From Ostreococcus lucimarinus (lineage: Eukaryota), in the NCBI GenBank assembly GCA_000092065.1, contig CP000586.1: DNA of 64,000 bases, one strand, 5' to 3'. A program made the position numbers and the translations under genes. Shown in pieces: positions 37,876 through 47,742 of the stretch. Position 1 is the first letter of the stretch. Each line of letters starts with the position of its first letter. The notes below the pieces were generated by a model that saw only the letters and a list, made by a program, of their open reading frames with translations, made no database searches and was not told the DNA's origin.

Positions 37876-40617
37876 CTATGCGCCGGCGAGAAGCTCTTCG
37901 ACGCGCTTTCTTTTCAACTTTTCCGTGATTTCATCCAACAGAAACCCATCCATGAGTGCGTTGACGTCGGAAATCGTCCCCTCGACGCGATGGTCCTTGA
38001 CTCGACCTTGCGCGAAGTTGTACGTTCGAATCCGTTCGCTTCGATCACCCGTACCGATCAACGAGCTTCGCAGCTCGCTTCGCTCTTTCGCCATCTTCTC
38101 GCGCTCTAAGTCGTACAATCGCGCCTTGAGCACGCTGAACGCCTTGGCTTTGTTCTTGTGCTGGCTTCGCTCGTCTTGGATCACGACTTGGATCCCCGTC
38201 GGCGCGTGCGTGAGGCGAACCGCGGAGTTGGTGGTATTGACGTGCTGACCACCAGCGCCGCTGGCGCGCATGGTGTCGATGCGAACATCCTCCTCTTTGA
38301 TGTCCATCTCCACCTCTTCCGCATGCGGAAGCACCGCGATGGACGCTGTGCTCGTGTGCACTCTGCCTTGCGTCTCCGTCTCGGGCACGCGCTGCACGCG
38401 ATGGACGCCGGATTCAAACTTCAACCTCCCAAATACGCCTTTGCCTAGAATTTCAGCGCTCGCTTCTCGAACGCCCTTACCATCGGTCTCACTCACGTTC
38501 AACGTATCGAACCTCCAACCGCTCTTTCTCGCGTGTAAGGCATACATGCGGAACAGCTCGGCGGCGAAGAGCGCGGCTTCGTCGCCGCCCGCGCCGGCGC
38601 GAACCTCTAAAATCGCGCCCCGATCGTCTGCGTCGTCGTGAGGCAAGAAAAGCAGCTGCAGCGCTAGCTCTTGATCGGGTAAATCGATGTCAACGGCGCG
38701 CAGCTCCTCGCGCGCGAGCTCGGCAAGCTCTTTAGAATCACCCCCGCTCGACGCGTCTCGCACCAATTCCTCGAGAGACGCCTTTTCGGCGCGAAGCTTT
38801 TTGACGACTTCATACTGCTCCGCGATGGGTTCAATTCGGCTGAGTTCCTTGTTTGCTTCGACAACGCGATCGATATCGACGCCTTGGCGCGAGATGAGCG
38901 CGATCAATTCCTCTCGTCGCCGCAGCGCGGCTTCGCCTCTTTCCTCCAAGGCGTCCGTCGAAGACGTCGAAGACGAGTACGACCTCGTTCCGGCCATCGC
39001 GCGCTCGAGCGTCGATCCGACGCGCACGAGCCGAGCTTCTCGGAATTTTGGCGCGATCATTTGCATACCAATGGGTAAGCCGCTCGCCCTCGAGCGCCCA
39101 GCGGGCATGGACATCGCGGGTAAACCCGCGAGCGATGCGGGCACCGTCATGACGTCGGCGGCGTACGTTTGCGCCGGACTCAGTGCCTCGACGTCGGAAA
39201 GTTTTGGTGCCGTCGACACGCTGGATGGTGTGAGCAACACATCTACGCCACCGCCTTCGCCGCCGAACACGTTTGTAAAGTCGTCCGACACCAATCTTCG
39301 AACCTTTTGCGCCTTTTCAAAGTATTCCGCCGCGCGCGCGCTGCTCAGGGCAAACGCGCCGACTGTGACGCGGCGACGAACCTCGTCGCCGAAACCCAAG
39401 CTTCGCGCCTTCGCGATGGCGCTTTGAAACTCTTCAGCAAGATATTCTTCTCGCGAAAGGTCACGCGTGAGGTCACCGTAGCGCATACCGTCGTAACGTG
39501 CGAGATTACTCGACGCCTCGGCCGGGGCGAGGACGTAGTAACACGGCAACGCCGCCTCGGTGTGCGGCATGTTGACGCGCACAATTTCCGCCCCGAGCGC
39601 CTCCATCGCGCGCACCATTTCGTTCCACGCGTCATACACTTCTTGAGTCAATTCGCTCACCGCGTATTCCTCTGGAACGCCCACGCGCAAGCCCTTCAAA
39701 GATGCTGCTTTTGGCGTCGTCTCGTCGACGAATTCGAGCGCCGCCGCGTCTAAATCCTCGCACCGCGCCACCGTCGTCGCGTCCAGGGCGTCCTCGCCCT
39801 GAATCGCCGCGAGCACGACCCCAGCATCACTCACCGTCCGCGCTAAAACCCCCACCGTGTCCAACGAGCTACAATACGACACGAGACCGAACCTACTCAC
39901 CCTGCCGTACGTCGGCTTCAATCCGACCGCGCCGCAATACGCCGCGGGCAATCGCACGCTCCCCCCCGTATCGCTTCCGAGCGCGTAAAACGCCGAACCG
40001 TTCACAACCGCCGCCGCGGACCCCCCGCTCGACCCCCCGCTCGACCTTTCGCCGTCCGACGACGTCGGATTCAGCGTCGTCTGCCCCGACGTCCGCGTGT
40101 GACTCCCCATGCCGAACTCGTCCATGTTCGTCTTCCCAATCAACACCCCCCCCAGCGCGCGCAACCGCGCGATCGCCGTCGCCTCGATCGGCGATTCGTA
40201 CCCCTCCAAAATCCTCGATCCCGCGCTCGTCGTCCCGACGTTCGCGCACAGATTATCCTTCGCCGCGAACGGGACGCCGTCGAGCGCGCTCGCTCGCCGC
40301 CTCGCCTCCCCATCCGCCTCGCCTTCCGTCTCGCCCCGCTCTCGCCGCGCGTCCGACGCGCGCGCGTCCGCCAGCGCGCGTCTCGCGTGCGCGTCTCGCG
40401 ACGCGGCGCTCCCGACGAACGCGCGCGACGTGAGCGCGTCCGCGTCGACGCGACGCGCGCAGTGCGAGAGCAGGTCGACCGCGGTCAGCGCGCGCGCGTC
40501 GAGCGCGCGCGCGGCTTCGGCGACGGTGCGCGGCCACGACGCCGCGGACGTGGACGCGGTCGCGTTCGAGCGCGCGCGCGCGACGCCGCGCGCGGCGCGT
40601 CGCGCGTGGACGCGCAT
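37876..40617 (-). CDS. gatA-prfA: Glu-tRNA(Gln) amidotransferase subunit A (GatA) fused in frame to peptide chain release factor 1 (RF1)
   Basis: A complete GatA (GVPFAAKDNLC...GKTNMDEFGMGS...GGSSGGSAAAV...GSDTGGSVRLPAAYCG...GLPIGMQMIAPKFREARL) and a complete RF1 (EVRAGAGGDEAALFAAELFRMY...RASGAGGQHVNTTNSAVRLTHAPTGI...RIRTYNFAQGRVKDHR) lie in one uninterrupted frame. I chose the first plausible ATG at 40617 (cat 40615-40617). The ORF-track extension to 41265 overlaps a plus-strand gene. Confidence 0.8.
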   Translation of the reverse strand: MRVHARRAARGVARARSNATASTSAASWPRTVAEAARALDARALTAVDLLSHCARRVDADALTSRAFVGSAASRDAHARRALADARASDARRERGETEGEADGEARRRASALDGVPFAAKDNLCANVGTTSAGSRILEGYESPIEATAIARLRALGGVLIGKTNMDEFGMGSHTRTSGQTTLNPTSSDGERSSGGSSGGSAAAVVNGSAFYALGSDTGGSVRLPAAYCGAVGLKPTYGRVSRFGLVSYCSSLDTVGVLARTVSDAGVVLAAIQGEDALDATTVARCEDLDAAALEFVDETTPKAASLKGLRVGVPEEYAVSELTQEVYDAWNEMVRAMEALGAEIVRVNMPHTEAALPCYYVLAPAEASSNLARYDGMRYGDLTRDLSREEYLAEEFQSAIAKARSLGFGDEVRRRVTVGAFALSSARAAEYFEKAQKVRRLVSDDFTNVFGGEGGGVDVLLTPSSVSTAPKLSDVEALSPAQTYAADVMTVPASLAGLPAMSMPAGRSRASGLPIGMQMIAPKFREARLVRVGSTLERAMAGTRSYSSSTSSTDALEERGEAALRRREELIALISRQGVDIDRVVEANKELSRIEPIAEQYEVVKKLRAEKASLEELVRDASSGGDSKELAELAREELRAVDIDLPDQELALQLLFLPHDDADDRGAILEVRAGAGGDEAALFAAELFRMYALHARKSGWRFDTLNVSETDGKGVREASAEILGKGVFGRLKFESGVHRVQRVPETETQGRVHTSTASIAVLPHAEEVEMDIKEEDVRIDTMRASGAGGQHVNTTNSAVRLTHAPTGIQVVIQDERSQHKNKAKAFSVLKARLYDLEREKMAKERSELRSSLIGTGDRSERIRTYNFAQGRVKDHRVEGTISDVNALMDGFLLDEITEKLKRKRVEELLAGA

Positions 40618-40651
40618 CGATCGAGCGAAGACGAGACGGTTGCGGCACACA

Positions 40652-41365
40652 ATGACGCTCGGCGTCGCGCGCGCCGCGGCGCCGTCGCGCGCGCGCGCCG
40701 CGGTCGCGCGCGGTCGTCGCGCGGTCGTCGCCGCGCGTCGTCGCTCGGCCGTCGCGCGCGCGATCGTCGCGCGTCGCGCGCGCGAGGTCGTCGAAGTCGA
40801 CGCCGAAGTCGACGGCGGGCGAACGAACGCCGCGCGAACGACCGTGGCGCTCGCGCTGACGCTCGCGCTGACGCTCGCGACGCCGCACGCGGCGCGCGCG
40901 AGGGAGTTCTTCCCGCAGTCGCCGCCCGACGACCCGATCGAGCCGTTCAGCGTGTTCGGGACGGTGGAGAAGGCGTTCAGCGTCGCGGTGCTCGACGAGA
41001 GTGGGTCGAAAATCGTGGCGAGAAAACGCGGCATGAGCGTGAAGTCGTGCGTGAACGTGGTGCCGGCGTCGAGACAGGGGCCGAGAGGACCGCCCGAGGC
41101 GCTGAGACCGTCGGCGTGCGCGGAGGCGGAGGCGCTGGGGGAGATTCGGGAGCAGCGGGACATGTTGAAGGCGTGCGCGCCGGCGTGCAAGGCGTCGTGC
41201 TCGAGGGCGATCGCGGAGTACGACGAGGGACAGAGGAAGACGACGGGATTTGGGTTAGATGCCAAGGCAAAGGAGCGAGTGTTGAAAGCGTGCGTCGTGA
41301 CGTGCGGGAAGGATTGCGAAAAGGCGGGAAAGTCGTACGATTACATCATACCGTTTCGATTTTGA
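40652..41365 (+). CDS. Small Cys-rich protein with presequence and hydrophobic signal-like segment
   Basis: ATG at 40652. R/A-rich presequence, then TVALALTLALTLATPHAARA, then eight Cys including paired CxxxC motifs (CAPAC, CVVTC). Ends YDYIIPFRF. Confidence 0.4.
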   Translation: MTLGVARAAAPSRARAAVARGRRAVVAARRRSAVARAIVARRAREVVEVDAEVDGGRTNAARTTVALALTLALTLATPHAARAREFFPQSPPDDPIEPFSVFGTVEKAFSVAVLDESGSKIVARKRGMSVKSCVNVVPASRQGPRGPPEALRPSACAEAEALGEIREQRDMLKACAPACKASCSRAIAEYDEGQRKTTGFGLDAKAKERVLKACVVTCGKDCEKAGKSYDYIIPFRF

Positions 41366-41421
41366 TTGGCGTCGCGCGCGCGGATTCTAGAAGCGTTGTA
41401 AATCTATTAATATGCGTTGAT

Positions 41422-44345
41422 CTAAGGTTCGCGAGACGATTCGCTGGACGCTGAAAACTCCGCGAGCGCGGCAGCGTACGCCTCTTTCGCCGTCTTGGCA
41501 TCGCTCTCGTACTTGGCTTTGCGTTCTGGATCGAGCGAGGCCCACCGCTCGCCGAGCGCCTTGGCGACTTCGCCGACTTTAAAGGTTGGATTTTCCGCCT
41601 TGACTGACGCGCGTTCGTCCGCCGAGAACGCGAAAAAGGCCGTGAGCGGTTTTTTCATTCCTGGAACTTCCACCTTGGGCTTCGGCGCCTTCTTTGCCTT
41701 TGGATATTTGGCTTCCTTCTTTGCCTCTGGCTCCTTCTTCGGCTTTGGTTCCTTCGCCTTCTTCGGCTCCTTTTTCGCCTTGGTCTTTTTCGAAGCGTAT
41801 CGACCGCGCGTGCGCGGTGGGCGCTCGGCTTTTTTGCGCAACAATTCGACAGCTTCGTCGATATCGACGTTTTCGACCGCACCGACGCGCTTCAATACGG
41901 TTTTCCCGATGGATGCTCTGAGAACTTCGCCGGCGACTTCGGACGCGACGTACCAACCAAATGGGCCAATGTTGAGCGAAACGGGCGCCTGCGTCACCGG
42001 ATGCACACCAAGCACTTTGGGGTATTCAAACATCCCGATGGCTTCCGCGAGAGTGATCTTGTTGACGTCCTTGCCGATGTTTGCCACTCCGACGCGACGA
42101 GGTGCAGGCGGTTTCTTCGGTTTCTTTGCCTTCTTCCCATCCTCTGCCGGCGTCGCCGCCGCGAGCTCTTGAACGCCGAGTTGTAAATATGGGCCATAAG
42201 GACCAAGTCGGAGAGAAATTTCTTTTCCGGTCGCTGGATCAACGCCAAGCACCTTGGGATACATCACTGCGTCGGGATCTTCGACGGTGGCGACGAAATC
42301 TGGATCATCCGTGTCGCTCACGATGGCGCCTCGAATCGGATGCAACGGGTGCGTGAAGCCGCATTCAGGGTAGCGACTGCACCCAATGAATCCACCAGCT
42401 TTTGATGGCTTTAAACCAAGTCTGCCAATTTTACAGCTCGGGCATCTCCGTGCTTCGCTCACGACGTCGTCGGAATCGCTTAATTCGGCGACTTGATCCG
42501 GGTTGATGTGCACGTGGCCGTCATACGTCGCCTCGCCGAAGAGATGCTGCCCGAGCTTCTCATCGAGAGCGTCGATGACTTCGCTCACGCGCAGCTCCGA
42601 AAGCGACGATATTTTATCCCTAAACGGCGTCCACCACTCCTCGAGTAACGGTTTCCATTGTACTTGTTCGCTCGTGATGTCGTCAAGCTTGTGTTCCAAA
42701 TCCGCCGTGAAGCCGTAATCGACGTACGTCTCAAAGTAATTCGTGAGAAACGCAGAGACTAGACGACCGCGAGTCGTGGGAACGAGTGCGGCACCTTGCT
42801 TTGCGACGTACTCACGCTGCGCGAGCACCTTTAAAATCGGTGCGTACGTGCTCGGTCGCCCGATGCCTCGTTCTTCGAGCGCCTTGACGATGGAACCATC
42901 CGTGTAGCGAGGCGGCGGCGACGTTTTGTGCTCTGTCGCCTCGCACCCGAGACTCTCACCGTCAGTTTTCACAGACAAACCTTCGCCTTCACCAAGAATA
43001 GGTAACCACGCGTCGTCTGAAGGTGGCGCAGCTTCGGGTCTGGACGTTCGATACGCCGCAAGGAATCCCGGAAACTTGAGCCTGTGTCCGTTCGCCTTGA
43101 GCTTTAAGTCGTTCTCTGCGGAGGCAATTTCAGCCGCTATGCGATCGGTAAGCGCAGGTGACATTTGTGACGCCATAGTGCGCGCCCAAATCAACGCATA
43201 AAGTCTCGCTTCATCGCTGCCTGGTCCTATTTGCCGCGCAACTTGCGCGGGAAGCCGTCCAGCCTTGGTAGGTCGAATCGCTTCGTGCGCCTCTTGCGCA
43301 TTCTTTTGCTTCTTCTTAAAGTATCTGGGCGATTCAGGCACGTACTCATCACCAAAAAGCTCACCAGCGGTCGTACGCAAGCTTTCAATCGCATGTGGGG
43401 CGACGTACGTGCCATCTGTGCGCATGTACGTAATCAAACCTTCGCCCGTGCCCGCGCCCTCGTACAGTCGTTGCGCCGCCGACATCGTCCTCGACGCACC
43501 GAAACCGAGCTGCTTGTTCGCTTCCTGCTGCATCGTCGACGTCGTGAACGGTGGTCCACTCGTACGCTTGGCTTCGCTGTGCTTCACCTCCACCACCCGC
43601 AGCGTATCGCATTCTCGCACGCGCTTGGCGTACGCCTCGGCTTCGTCGTTCGAAGCGATGGTAAACTTTCCAAGCTTAGCGCCATCGACGTGCGTCAAAG
43701 CGGCGTCAAACGTAGAGCCGTCTTTTGAACTTAAACTCGCCTTCACCGTCCAATACGGCTCGCTCACGAACGCCTCCACCTCTTCCTCTCTTTCGCACAC
43801 TAATCGCAGCGCCACGCTCTGCACGCGACCCGCGGACAGGCTCACGCTCGACGGCAACTTACGCCACAGTAGCCCAGAGAGCGTGAATCCGAATAGATAA
43901 TCCAGCGCGCGTCGCGCCATGTACGCATCAACCATCGGAACGTTAATGTCCCGCGGAGAACCCACCGCGTCGAGCACCGCTGTTTTCGTAATCTCCCCAA
44001 ACGTCACGCGCTTGACGTCCAAGTCGTCGCGCAACAATTTCTTCTCCCGAAGCACCTCGAGCAAGTGCCACGAGATAGCCTCACCCTCTCGGTCTGGATC
44101 CGTCGCGAGCAGCAGCACATCCGTCTTCTTCAACGCCTCCGTGATGTCTCGCATCGCCGCCTTTTGCCTCGACGTCGACGTCCACGTCATCGCGAACGAT
44201 TCCTCCGGCCGCACGCTTCCCTGTTTATTCACCAGATCACGCACGTGCCCGTAGCTCGCCAGCACTTTCGCGTTCGCACCCAAATACTTCTCGATCGTCT
44301 TCGCCTTGGCCGGAGACTCGACGATCATGAGCGTCCGTTTCCCGT

Positions 44346-44385
<40 letters not shown>

Positions 44386-44604
44386 GCCGCTCGCGACCGC
44401 GCGCGCCGTCGCCGCCGTCTTCGTCGTCTCGCCCCATCCACCCTCGCGTCCTCCCCACGCGATCCCGCGCGTCGCGCGCGCGCCGACGCTCGCGACGAGC
44501 CGTCGCACGCCGCCCGCGCGCGCGCGCGCCGTCCACATCGCCGCCGACGACTGCGAATTCCCAACCGACTCCGCGCGCGACGCCGCGGCGCCACTCGCGC
44601 GCAT
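41422..44604 (-). CDS. topA: DNA topoisomerase I, type IA (bacterial TopA-like, organelle-targeted) with a C-terminal HMG box
   Basis: TOPRIM start RTLMIVESPAKAKTIEKYLG, Topo IA core, Zn-ribbon CPSCKIGRLGL...CSRYPECGF, then a Lys-rich linker and an HMG box (KKPLTAFFAFSADERASVKAENPTFKVGEVAKALGERWASLDPERKAKYESDAKTAKEAYAAALAEF). Candidate ATGs are at 44820, 44766, 44604 and 44538. The first two overlap the divergent SEC12 start, so I chose 44604. Confidence 0.85.
44345..44384. repeat. (CGT)n/(ACG)n trinucleotide repeat encoding a 12-residue poly-Thr tract
   Basis: cgtcgtcgt... x13 lies inside the topoisomerase presequence. Similar (ACG)n tracts are at 232-251, 54001-54037 and 57153-57182. Confidence 0.85.
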
Positions 44605-44764
44605 CAACCGCGCCCGCGGACGCGCGCCGCGCGCGGCGACCTCCCCGCGCGTCGCCGCCGCGCGCGGCGCCGCTCGTCCGCGCGGTGCGCGCGCGCGAAT
44701 GCGGCGAACGTCGCGACGCGCGTCGATTCGCGACTCGCCCGAACATCGCGACGCGCGCGCCGCC

Positions 44765-46114
44765 ATGTTCGACCGCGCGAGCGCGCGCGCGCGGCGCGCG
44801 AAGAAGTACGGCCAGCCCATCTACGCCGGCGCGTGGCTGGACGATCGCACCGCGCTCCTCGCCGGGGGCGGCGGGAAGAAGTCGAGCGGGATTCCGAATC
44901 GAATCTTGATCGCGTCGTGCGAGCGTGGCCCGCACGGAACGACGCTGGCGGACGCCGAGGCGTGGACGCACACGGACGAAGACGCGCCGCAGCGGCTGGC
45001 GGTGCACCCGGGGCGCGAACACGTGGTGTGCGCGTTCGGGGGGACGCTGGGGGTGTTTCGAGCGCGGCGAGGCGCGAACGACGGCGCGGACGAGGGCGCG
45101 TCGTCGTCGGGAACGAACGGGGAGGCGCGGTGGACGATCGAATCGTGCGCGAGCGCGTTGGGACTGCCGAATCGCGTGCACGTGACGCCGGATGAGCGGG
45201 AGATTAAGTGCGCGGCGTTCGACGCGGAGGGCGCGCGGTTGGCGCTGGGATTGGAGAGCGGGGAGGTAAAGATTCTAGCGTGGCCGTCGTTGGAGGTGGA
45301 GAAAGAGCTCGGGGCGCACGAGAAAGGGGCGGTGACCGATATCGCCTGGGCGCCCGACGGCGATGGGCTGTTGACGACGTCGGCGGAGAACGCGACGGCG
45401 AGTAACATCGGTCGCGGCGCCGCGGTGTGGAGCGTCGAGCGCGGCGAACGCGTGCTGACGTTGTTCGACGAGTCCATCGTGAAGAAGAGCGGGGTGCGGA
45501 ACGTGGTGTTTCGCGGCGCGGCGTACGGCCGAGGCACGAACGCGTCGACGAGCGTGGCGTGGACTGGGGTGAATCTAGACGGCGAAGGTTGGGTGGTGAA
45601 GTGGGACGTCGCCACGTGGAAAGTCATCAGCAAGGCGCGAGTGTTCAAAAGCGAGCCCATCTCCGGGTTCGCGGTGAACGCGCAGGGTACGCTCATCGCC
45701 GTCGGAAGCTCCGAAGGCGAAGTAAAAGTCGTGGACGCGCAAAAGTTTACGCTCATTAAACCGGTGAAGAAGGCGCACATGATTTTCGTCACCACCATGG
45801 CGTGGAATCCCAAAGGAAACGTCGTCCTCTCGGGCTCCGCCGACGCCAGCGCTTTGGCGACGAAGATCGAAAAGCAGTCATGGACCTTGCGTTTGGTGCT
45901 CTGGTTCACCGTGTTCGTGATGTTGATCGTCGGCTGGATAACGTTGCTGTCGACAATCTTCCCCGACCCGCTCGCGCGCGCGCTCGAAGACGGCGATTAC
46001 GCCCGCGCCGCGCAAGCCGTCGCCGACTATTTCAGCGAGACCAAGATCCCGGCCGCGACGTTAGAAACGATCGAGGACGCCGTCGCCGGCGTCTCCGCCC
46101 GCGACGAGCTTTAG
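44765..46114 (+). CDS. SEC12: SEC12/PREB-like WD40 guanine-nucleotide exchange factor with C-terminal TM anchor
   Basis: KYGQPIYAGAWLDDRTALLAGGGGKKSSGIPNRILI resembles the Sec12 N-terminus ([21 protein letters not shown]). WD blades follow, then TM WTLRLVLWFTVFVMLIVGWITLL. The only in-frame ATG ahead of the conserved start is at 44765. Confidence 0.6.
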   Translation: MFDRASARARRAKKYGQPIYAGAWLDDRTALLAGGGGKKSSGIPNRILIASCERGPHGTTLADAEAWTHTDEDAPQRLAVHPGREHVVCAFGGTLGVFRARRGANDGADEGASSSGTNGEARWTIESCASALGLPNRVHVTPDEREIKCAAFDAEGARLALGLESGEVKILAWPSLEVEKELGAHEKGAVTDIAWAPDGDGLLTTSAENATASNIGRGAAVWSVERGERVLTLFDESIVKKSGVRNVVFRGAAYGRGTNASTSVAWTGVNLDGEGWVVKWDVATWKVISKARVFKSEPISGFAVNAQGTLIAVGSSEGEVKVVDAQKFTLIKPVKKAHMIFVTTMAWNPKGNVVLSGSADASALATKIEKQSWTLRLVLWFTVFVMLIVGWITLLSTIFPDPLARALEDGDYARAAQAVADYFSETKIPAATLETIEDAVAGVSARDEL

Positions 46115-46184
46115 GTTCGCGCTCCTTCGTCGTCGCGTCGCGCGCTGCGATACAAATACAATCTAATCCGGTCCCGCCGTTCGT

Positions 46185-46385
46185 CTACTTCCCCTCTCGC
46201 GTCTCGCTCGCGATCTCCTCCACGCTTCGCTCCAGCGCCTCGATCTTCTCCTGCATCTCGTCGATCTTCGTGATGATCGCGTCCGACATCGTCTGGAACC
46301 GTCCCTGCATCTGTTCGAGCAGCCCCTGCGTGAACGTCGCCAGCGCCTCGCTCGTCATCGCGTCGTCGCCGGCGTCGCGCGTCAT
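46185..46385 (-). CDS. HSBP1: Heat shock factor-binding protein 1 (HSBP1)
   Basis: [46 protein letters not shown] versus human [42 protein letters not shown]. I chose the ATG at 46385; alternatives are 46421 and 46358. Confidence 0.7.
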   Translation of the reverse strand: MTRDAGDDAMTSEALATFTQGLLEQMQGRFQTMSDAIITKIDEMQEKIEALERSVEEIASETREGK

Positions 46386-46624
46386 CGCGTCGCCTCGCGT
46401 CGGCGCGCTTCGCGTCGACATGCCGTTCGCGCGCGCGTCGCGATCGCGTCGCGATCTCCGCCGCGCGCGCGTCGCGACGACGTCCGTCGCCGCGCGAGGG
46501 TGTTCGCCAAACGAGGGTCGCGACGGCCCCGCGGACACCCGATCGCGCCGCCGACGGATCGATCGAACGATGGCGCGATCGCGCGCGATCGGCGCCGCAC
46601 CGCGCGACGCGAAGCGCTTCGACG
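46386..46624. promoter_or_regulatory. Putative bidirectional promoter between HSBP1 (minus) and MDH (plus)
   Basis: About 240-bp spacer between divergent start codons. Confidence 0.25.
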
Positions 46625-47632
46625 ATGTTCGCTCGAGCGCTGCGACGCGCGTCGAACGATGCGATCGCGCGAACGCGCGCGCGCGGATACAAAGTCGCCG
46701 TCCTCGGCGCGGCGGGCGGGATCGGCCAGCCGTGCGGGTTGCTCATGAAGATGAATCCGCTGGTGACGGAACTGGCGCTGTACGACATCGCGGGCACGCC
46801 GGGCGTCGCGGCGGACGTGTCGCACGTGAACACGGCGGCGCAGACGAAGGGATACGCCGGAGATGGTGAGCTCGGGGCGGCGCTGAAGGACGCGGACGTG
46901 GTGATCATTCCGGCGGGCGTGCCGCGAAAGCCGGGGATGACGCGGGACGACTTGTTCGCGATCAACGGAGGGATCGTGAAGGGACTCGTGGAGGCGATCG
47001 CGGATAACTGTCCGAACGCGATGATTAATATGATCTCGAATCCGGTGAACTCGACGGTGCCGATCGCGGCGGAGGTGTTGAAGGCGAAGGGCAAGTACGA
47101 CGCGAGAAAGCTCTTCGGGGTGACGACGCTGGACGTGGTGCGAGCGAAGACGTTCTACGCGGAGAAGGCGGGCTTGGAGACGGCGAAAGTGGACGTCCCC
47201 GTCGTCGGCGGTCACGCTGGAATCACGATTTTGCCGTTGTTCTCTCAAGCGACGCCCAAGGCGAGCAACTTGTCCGAGGCGGATATCGACGCGTTGACCA
47301 AGCGCACGCAAGACGGCGGTACCGAAGTCGTCGCCGCCAAGGCTGGTAAGGGCTCTGCCACGCTTTCTATGGCGTACGCGGGCGCTTTGTTCGCCGACGC
47401 GTGCTTGCGCGCCAAGAATGGCGAAGCCAACATCGTCGAGTGCACGTACGTCGAGTCTAAGATCACCGACGCCGCGTTCTTCGCCTCCAAGGTGACGCTC
47501 GGCCGCGATGGCGTCGACACCATCCACGGTCTCGGTTCTCTCACCGCGTACGAGCAAGCCAACCTCGACGCCATGATCCCGCAGCTTCAAGGCGAGATCA
47601 AGAAGGGTATCGACTTTGTCAAGGGCGCGTAA
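46625..47632 (+). CDS. MDH: Malate dehydrogenase, NAD-dependent (mitochondrial/glyoxysomal type)
   Basis: [58 protein letters not shown]. 335 aa with a short [11 protein letters not shown] presequence. ATG at 46625. Confidence 0.95.
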   Translation: MFARALRRASNDAIARTRARGYKVAVLGAAGGIGQPCGLLMKMNPLVTELALYDIAGTPGVAADVSHVNTAAQTKGYAGDGELGAALKDADVVIIPAGVPRKPGMTRDDLFAINGGIVKGLVEAIADNCPNAMINMISNPVNSTVPIAAEVLKAKGKYDARKLFGVTTLDVVRAKTFYAEKAGLETAKVDVPVVGGHAGITILPLFSQATPKASNLSEADIDALTKRTQDGGTEVVAAKAGKGSATLSMAYAGALFADACLRAKNGEANIVECTYVESKITDAAFFASKVTLGRDGVDTIHGLGSLTAYEQANLDAMIPQLQGEIKKGIDFVKGA

Positions 47633-47742
47633 ACGAAGCGCTCTCCGCTTCTCAAACAATTTTGTTATTGACCGAATATTCTCATCAATGCAACGAATGC
47701 ATGCTATGCACTATTTTCTATCCGCACCGTCGCGCGCTGCGC

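Noticed and set aside
40109-41265. Long N-terminal extensions of the GatA-RF1 ORF (to 41265) and of the plus ORF starting at 40109
   Set aside because: They overlap each other on opposite strands. Both are R/A-rich before the first convincing ATG (40617 minus, 40652 plus), so I trimmed to those ATGs.
44065-45195. 376-aa plus ORF and 314-aa minus ORF around the topoisomerase/SEC12 divergent promoter
   Set aside because: Poly-R/poly-D low-complexity products, including translation of the (CGT)n repeat in other frames. Spurious.
46382-47659. 425-aa minus ORF antisense to malate dehydrogenase
   Set aside because: MDH on the plus strand has near-complete family conservation. The antisense ORF is R/L/V-rich with no similarity to anything.
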